From Vitrella brassicaformis CCMP3155 (Eukaryota; Protista; Chromerida): a DNA stretch of 64,000 nt. Made by a program: the position numbers and the translations under genes. Each line of letters starts with the position of its first letter. The first letter of the stretch is position 1. Location: contig CDMY01000238.1 of the NCBI GenBank assembly GCA_001179505.1, forward strand, positions 90,201-154,200, given 5' to 3'. The notes under the pieces were generated by a model that was not told the DNA's origin, searched no databases, and saw only the letters and a list, made by a program, of their open reading frames with translations. Shown piece after piece: positions 57,910 through 64,000 of the stretch.

Positions 57910-60540
57910 AGTGATTCGACCCTCTGTTGTGCTCACCGTGTCTGTTTCATATTGCTGTTGTCCTCCTTCAATCTCCTCTTTTGCTCCAAAAGCTCGCAGG
58001 CCGTTTGTGTTAGAGCTCTGAATTTCCCAGAAACCGCAGCTGCGGATCTCTCTGAAGAATGTTATTCGTTCATTCTGTCCCTTCTTTGGGTTTCTGTGTG
58101 ATGCAGGGACAATCAGGGAAGGGCCAGAGGCCCTCTTCAGTGATGTTTGGTTGAGGACGATCGGAGCTGTCAGGTAACACAGGTGTTTCAAAATGGACCT
58201 TCTGGGATCTCTGGATAGGAAAAACTACCACCGAGGACCCTCGGAAGCCCTCGCCAGCAGAGATTTGAGAGATCCTCACCTTCGCGGAAGCGGTGGGGGT
58301 CCTCCGACGGTGGTTGTCCTTCTTCCCATCGCTTTTGTAGGCTTTCCGCAGCCATGGCGGACCGGGTGAGTGTGACACACGTTGGGGGGGAAGCCATTCA
58401 GCCAGAAATCGGTGATGCCGACGCACCACAGTGTGACGATGGGCTGTCTGAACCGCTTCTCTCGGTTTGTCTGTGGCTCGTGACTCAGGCACCCAGCAGC
58501 TCTGCCGGCAACGCCTATGGCGGCGGCGGACACTGGGGGGGACACAACTCACAGATGCCAGGTGACTCACGTTGACACGGGTCTGCGAATCGAGCGATCC
58601 CGTGAAAGTGTGGGTGGTCACTTTGTGTCGCTGTGCGCCCTCAGGTGGACTGCCAAACGCCTATGGACTTCCTGGTGTGGACGGTGGGCGCAGAGATGGG
58701 CTCGGATGCCTTTTAAAGTGCTCCCCTTCGTGTGTGTGTCAGACTCCTCTCATGTGCGTCATGCCTCTGCTGGTGGGGGCGTTCCTCCTCACCTGCATCC
58801 AGTCTTGCACGAGGTGGGCTTGACGAGTGCAGTGGCTAGGCAGTCAGGCGGGCAATGCCCATTGCACGCGTGTATGAGTCTGATCAGAGTGCTCCTCGGA
58901 CGACTGGGCAGCTGTTCGATCTCTCGGCAGCTGGGAAGCTTCTCGGGTCAACGGGTGAGTATTGAGGACAGCAGTGCAGTCTGCACACGTACATGGTACT
59001 GATTGATGCCTTCGTCTGTATGTCTGTCTGTCTGCCTGTCTGACAGTCCTGAGAGTCAGTAACTTGAAGGTGCAGCGNNNNNNNNNNNNNNNNNNNNNNN
59101 NNNNNNNNNNNNNNNNNNNNNNNNNNNNNNNNNNNNNNNNNNNNNNNNNNNNNNNNNNNNNNNNNNNNNNNNNNNNNNNNNNNNNNNNNNNNNNNNNNNN
59201 NNNNNNNNNNNNNNNNNNNNNNNNNNNNNNNNNNNNNNNNNNNNNNNNNNNNNNNNNNNNNNNNNNNNNNNNNNNNNNNNNNNNNNNNNNNNNNNNNNNN
59301 NNNNNNNNNNNNNNNNNNNNNNNNNNNNNNNNNNNNNNNNNNNNNNNNNNNNNNNNNNNNNNNNNNNNNNNNNNNNNAGTGATTCGACCCTCTGTTGTGC
59401 TCACCGTGTCTGTTTCATATTGCTGTTGTCCTCCTTCAATCTCCTCTTTTGCTCCAAAAGCTCGCAGGCCGTTTGTGTTAGAGCTCTGAATTTCCCAGAA
59501 ACCGCAGCTGCGGATCTCTCTGAAGAATGTTATTCGTTCATTCTGTCCCTTCTTTGGGTTTCTGTGTGATGCAGGGACAATCAGGGAAGGGCCAGAGGCC
59601 CTCTTCAGTGATGTTTGGTTGAGGACGATCGGAGCTGTCAGGTAACACAGGTGTTTCAAAATGGACCTTCTGGGATCTCTGGATAGGAAAAACTACCACC
59701 GAGGACCCTCGGAAGCCCTCGCCAGCAGAGATTTGAGAGATCCTCACCTTCGCGGAAGCGGTGGGGGTCCTCCGACGGTGGTTGTCCTTCTTCCCATCGC
59801 TTTTGTAGGCTTTCCGCAGCCATGGCGGACCGGGTGAGTGTGACACACGTTGGGGGGGAAGCCATTCAGCCAGAAATCGGTGATGCCGACGCACCACAGT
59901 GTGACGATGGGCTGTCTGAACCGCTTCTCTCGGTTTGTCTGTGGCTCGTGACTCAGGCACCCAGCAGCTCTGCCGGCAACGCCTATGGCGGCGGCGGACA
60001 CTGGGGGGGACACAACTCACAGATGCCAGGTGACTCACGCGAGTCTGCGAATCGAGCGATCCCGTGAAAGTGTGGGTGGTCACTGTGTGTCGCTGTGCGC
60101 CCTCAGGTGGACTGCCAAACGCCTATGGACTTCCTGGTGTGGACGGTGGGCGCAGAGATGGGCTCGGATGCCTTTTAAAGTGCTCCCCTTCGTGTGTGTG
60201 TCAGACTCCTCTCATGTGCGTCATGCCTCTGCTGGTGGGGGTGTTCCTCCTCACCTGCATCCAGTCTTGCACGAGGTGGGTGCTTGACGAGTGCAGTGCT
60301 AGGCAGTCAGGCGGGCAATGCCCATTGCACGCGTGTATGAGTCTGATCAGAGTGCTCCTCGGACGACTGGGCAGCTGTTCGATCTCTCGGCAGCTGGGAA
60401 GCTTCTTGGGTCAACGGGTGAGTATTGAGGACAGCAGTGCAGTCTGCACACGTACATGGTACTGATTGATGCCTTCGTCTGTATGTCTGTCTGTCTGCCT
60501 GTCTGACAGTCCTGAGAGTCAGTAACTTGAAGGTGCAGCG
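57910..60540. repeat. Near-identical tandem duplication across a gap (57910-59077 vs 59378-60540)
   Basis: About 1.17 kb repeated with only a few SNPs/indels, separated by exactly 300 N (59078-59377). Confidence 0.95.
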
Positions 60541-60693
60541 AGACGAAGACGTGAAGCGGATCCTCGATGAAGCCGACAAGTGGCCTGGCGACATCATCGC
60601 AGAGGCGGTGGCGATTGCCGACGGCCATTACGTCAAGATCTTCTACGTGCCAGGCGGTCAGCACACGCACACACAGTGGCAGACCGGCGACCA

Positions 60694-60730
<37 letters not shown>

Positions 60731-61826
60731 TGTGTATCTGCAGAAAGCAGTCAAGCGTTCCTTGACTGGCTCAATGGGCACGTGCCGCGTCAAGTACACC
60801 ACCCAAATGCGGTCGACACAGCAGCTCCCCATTTAGCCATCCCGGACGACAGGCAGCTGCACCCACAGACAGAGGGCAACGGAAAGGTACGTGTGGGTGA
60901 TGTGAAAAGGCACTGAAGCACGCCATGTAAACACCTCTGTACTGTCTGTTCCACCAGCCGCAGGTGAGGTGTCCTTCAGGTGATACAGCGGTCCCTCGAG
61001 GGACTGACGTCACATCGGTACGGCGGCCAATACAAGAAGACATCATTGCAAAATGGGCGAACAAGTGTGTGTATGTGTCTCGTTTTGTCTGTCTGGTGGT
61101 CTAGGCATCGGTCCTGCTGTCCCAACGGGAGCCGCACCCGCAGATGGGCGGCAGCGGGCAGGTACGCGTGAGTGATGTGGAAGCCGCTGCAACTCCTCAT
61201 CAAGGCACCTCTGTGCTGTCTCGCTCTCAGGACCACCATGTNNNNNNNNNNNNNNNNNNNNNNNNNNNNNNNNNNNNNNNNNNNNNNNNNNNNNNNNNNN
61301 NNNNNNNNNNNNNNNNNNNNNNNNNNNNNNNNNNNNNNNNNNNNNNNNNNNNNNNNNNNNNNNNNNNNNNNNNNNNNNNNNNNNNNNNNNNNNNNNNNNN
61401 NNNNNNNNNNNNNNNNNNNNNNNNNNNNNNNNNNNNNNNNNNNNNNNNNNNNNNNNNNNNNNNNNNNNNNNNNNNNNNNNNNNNNNNNNNNNNNNNNNNN
61501 NNNNNNNNNNNNNNNNNNNNNNNNNNNNNNNNNNNNNNNNNGGTCAACGGGTGAGTATTGAGGACAGCAGTGCAGTCTGCACACGTACATGGTACTGATT
61601 GATGCCTTCGTCTGTATGTCTGTCTGTCTGCCTGTCTGACAGTCCTGAGAGTCAGTAACTTGAAGGTGCAGCGAGACGAAGACGTGAAGCGGATCCTCGA
61701 TGAAGCCGACAAGTGGCCTGGCGACATCATCGCAGAGGCGGTGGCGATTGCCGACGGCCATTACGTCAAGATCTTCTACGTGCCAGGCGGTCAGCACACG
61801 CACACACAGTGGCAGACCGGCGACCA

Positions 61827-61863
<37 letters not shown>

Positions 61864-64000
61864 TGTGTATCTGCAGAAAGCAGTCAAGCGTTCCTTGACT
61901 GGCTCAATGGGCACGTGCCGCGTCAAGTACACCACCCAAATGCGGTCGACACAGCAGCTCCCCATTTAGCCATCCCGGACGACAGGCAGCTGCACCCACA
62001 GACAGAGGGCAACGGAAAGGTACGTGTGGGTGATGTGAAAAGGCACTGAAGCACGCCATGTAAACACCTCTGTACTGTCTGTTCCACCAGCCGCAGGTGA
62101 GGTGTCCTTCAGGTGATACAGCGGTCCCTCGAGGGACTGACGTCACATCGGTACGGCGGCCAATACAAGAAGACATCATTGCAAAATGGGCGAACAAGTG
62201 TGTGTATGTGTCTCGTTTTGTCTGTCTGGTGGTCTAGGCATCGGTCCTGCTGTCCCAACGGGAGCCGCACCCGCAGATGAGCGGCAGTGGGCAGGTACAG
62301 TACGCGTGAGTGATGTGGAAGCCGCTGCAATGCATCATCAAGGCACCTCTGCGCTGTCTGTCTCGCTCTCAGGACCACCATCTGCAGCAGCCGGCAGCCG
62401 ACACACCGATGGGTGAGCAGCTGAGAAAGGGCCATGCGCGAGTGCACGCACTGACATGGCGCGCTTTCTATCGATTGGCCCTTCTGTTTTGTGTGTGGCT
62501 ATGTGTCAGATGTGAGAGTGTGGGTGCTTAGGGCGAACGAGGCTGAGGTCTTTGCCAAGGCTGAAGAGGAGACTATCAAAGCTCGTCGCGTTCCTCTGGA
62601 CAAAGCTGGGGAAACCCCACCAACAGACTACTGCGTCTGCATTGAGATGGAAGGTCAGCTAAAACACACACACAGACGCAGCCCATTTGCTGCATTGGTA
62701 CCCCACCCGTGTGTGGTCAGATACGACACAGTCGATCGTGTCTCAGCTGCTCAGCAGCAGTTGGCCACCCCTCGTGCTTCAATTCGTCGGCGATGCAGGC
62801 GGTGCGCAGCCAACACAACGCCACTCCTCCATCTCTTCTGTGTCGTTTGCGTATGTGTTGGTCTCCACTGCAGGTTTCGGTATGCCTAATGGCCTCGGTG
62901 ATCTGTCACTGCAGCAGGACAATACAGGGACACTCGCAGGTGACTCAGGTTAGTGGACGCCTGCCCACAGGGCCGTCTCATGCACGCCTCCGTGCGCCTT
63001 TTCTGTGTCAGGTGATGCCCCTCAGCAGTGGCCACATGGATATGCGCAGCCCGACATGCAACGTAGGCGCAGAAGTGCGCATGCGCACCCACCTGACTCT
63101 CTCAACTCTTCTGTGTGTCAGTGGCTGCCGACATGACAGACGAGCTGCAGCACGGCCAAGCATGTGAGTGGTTCTGTCAGGGTGACGTCAATCTCGACTC
63201 TCTCCCGGGACCATATCCGCCAGCGGGAGACCAACAAGAACATTCGGCAGCTGCAGCCGCTGGGGGGAGACACGTATGGCAAGCTCACCGAAATCAGAAA
63301 CATCCTACGTGGGGACATGCTTGTGTGTTCATGCTGTGTGTTGGAGAAACAGACGAAGGAGAAGAGGGGCCCAAGGAAAAATGCGCCGAGCTCTCGTCCA
63401 GCTCCTCCACCTCCCCTGGGTAACAATACGACACCGACACGGGACATGCGCTTGCTGTCGTGAGCGTCACTGTCCGCTTGTCTGCCCAGATCCCAACACG
63501 GCATCGGCACATGACGTCCTCAAGAGGGCGGCCAAGTACTGGCGGTGGATCCAGCTGGACACGGCTCGCTCCAGGACCACGGTCGACCCCTTGTTCACCA
63601 ACACTCCCCGCCCCATATGGCTCACCCAAGAGAGCGTCGAGTACTTCTTCGGCGAGGTTATCGCTATCACAGCCGCGGACGTCGAGGACTTGAACGCGCT
63701 TCGGTCTGGCAATGGTCCAGTTGGAGGAAGGGCGAGGGAGGCAGGAGGCTCCTTACACCGGAAGCAGATCCTCCTACCGCCCTTCGCATCCCTCCCGGGA
63801 CAGCAGCCAGCGCCCTGGGGCAGCCACGACCCCCAGACGGCCTTACACGTGCACTACAAAGGCCAGCCGGGGGTTCACATCCCCTTCACGCCGGTCAAGT
63901 ACAGCAGGAGCTTGGCCAAGTTCGTCGAGACGTGCGTCGTCATCGAGAACGGACAGCTGTGCGGCAGGGCCTTCGCCAACAAGAGCGACCACTGGAAGAC
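58354..64000 (+). CDS. Multi-exon hypothetical protein (partial, runs off the window; 5' exons duplicated by the gap-flanking repeats)
   Basis: GCCATGGCGGACCGG|GTGAGT start (58354, repeated at 59822). Exons APSSSAGNAYGGGGHW, LRVSNLKVQRDEDVKRILDEADKWPGDIIAE...KIFYVP and VLRANEAEVFAKAEEE. A final open exon ...ETCVVIENGQLCGRAFANKSDHWK reaches the window end (possible start of a C2H2 finger). Confidence 0.5.
59078..59377. other. Scaffold gap (300 N)
   Basis: Run of exactly 300 n. Confidence 1.
60409..62381. repeat. Near-identical tandem duplication across a gap (60409-61241 vs 61542-62381)
   Basis: About 0.83 kb repeated; differences are concentrated in the last ~110 nt. The copies are separated by exactly 300 N. 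Confidence 0.95.
61242..61541. other. Scaffold gap (300 N)
   Basis: Run of exactly 300 n. Confidence 1.

Overview
Intron-rich, GC-rich eukaryotic genomic DNA with short introns (mostly about 55-110 nt) full of (CA)n/(TG)n/(CAGA)n repeats and three 300-N scaffold gaps. Gene content and style suggest a chromerid alga such as Vitrella (inference). I reconstructed about 18 spliced genes by hand, most of them in head-to-head pairs. Recognisable products: LAMTOR2-like roadblock protein, HAD-like protein, ISP-like PH protein, a very large UPL3/TRIP12-type HECT E3 ligase, formate-tetrahydrofolate ligase, a plastid-targeted helical-repeat protein, FUN14, an atypical kinase and a bifunctional ATP sulfurylase/APS kinase. 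The standout is at 6.4-11.5 kb: a PARP-like (H-Y-E) ADP-ribosyltransferase and a PARG sit head-to-head, 260 bp apart. Both carry copies of the same unusual 8-ligand Cys/His module (5 copies in all; one pair is 90% identical at DNA level and shares an intron position). The PARG also appears to end in a CBM48-type glycogen/starch-binding domain. This is a candidate self-contained ADP-ribosylation writer/eraser system. Other notable items: a tandem array of tRNA-like elements next to an atypical tRNA, AC/GT-complementary introns, and duplicated segments around gaps that are probably assembly artefacts. All exon structures are manual predictions without transcript evidence.
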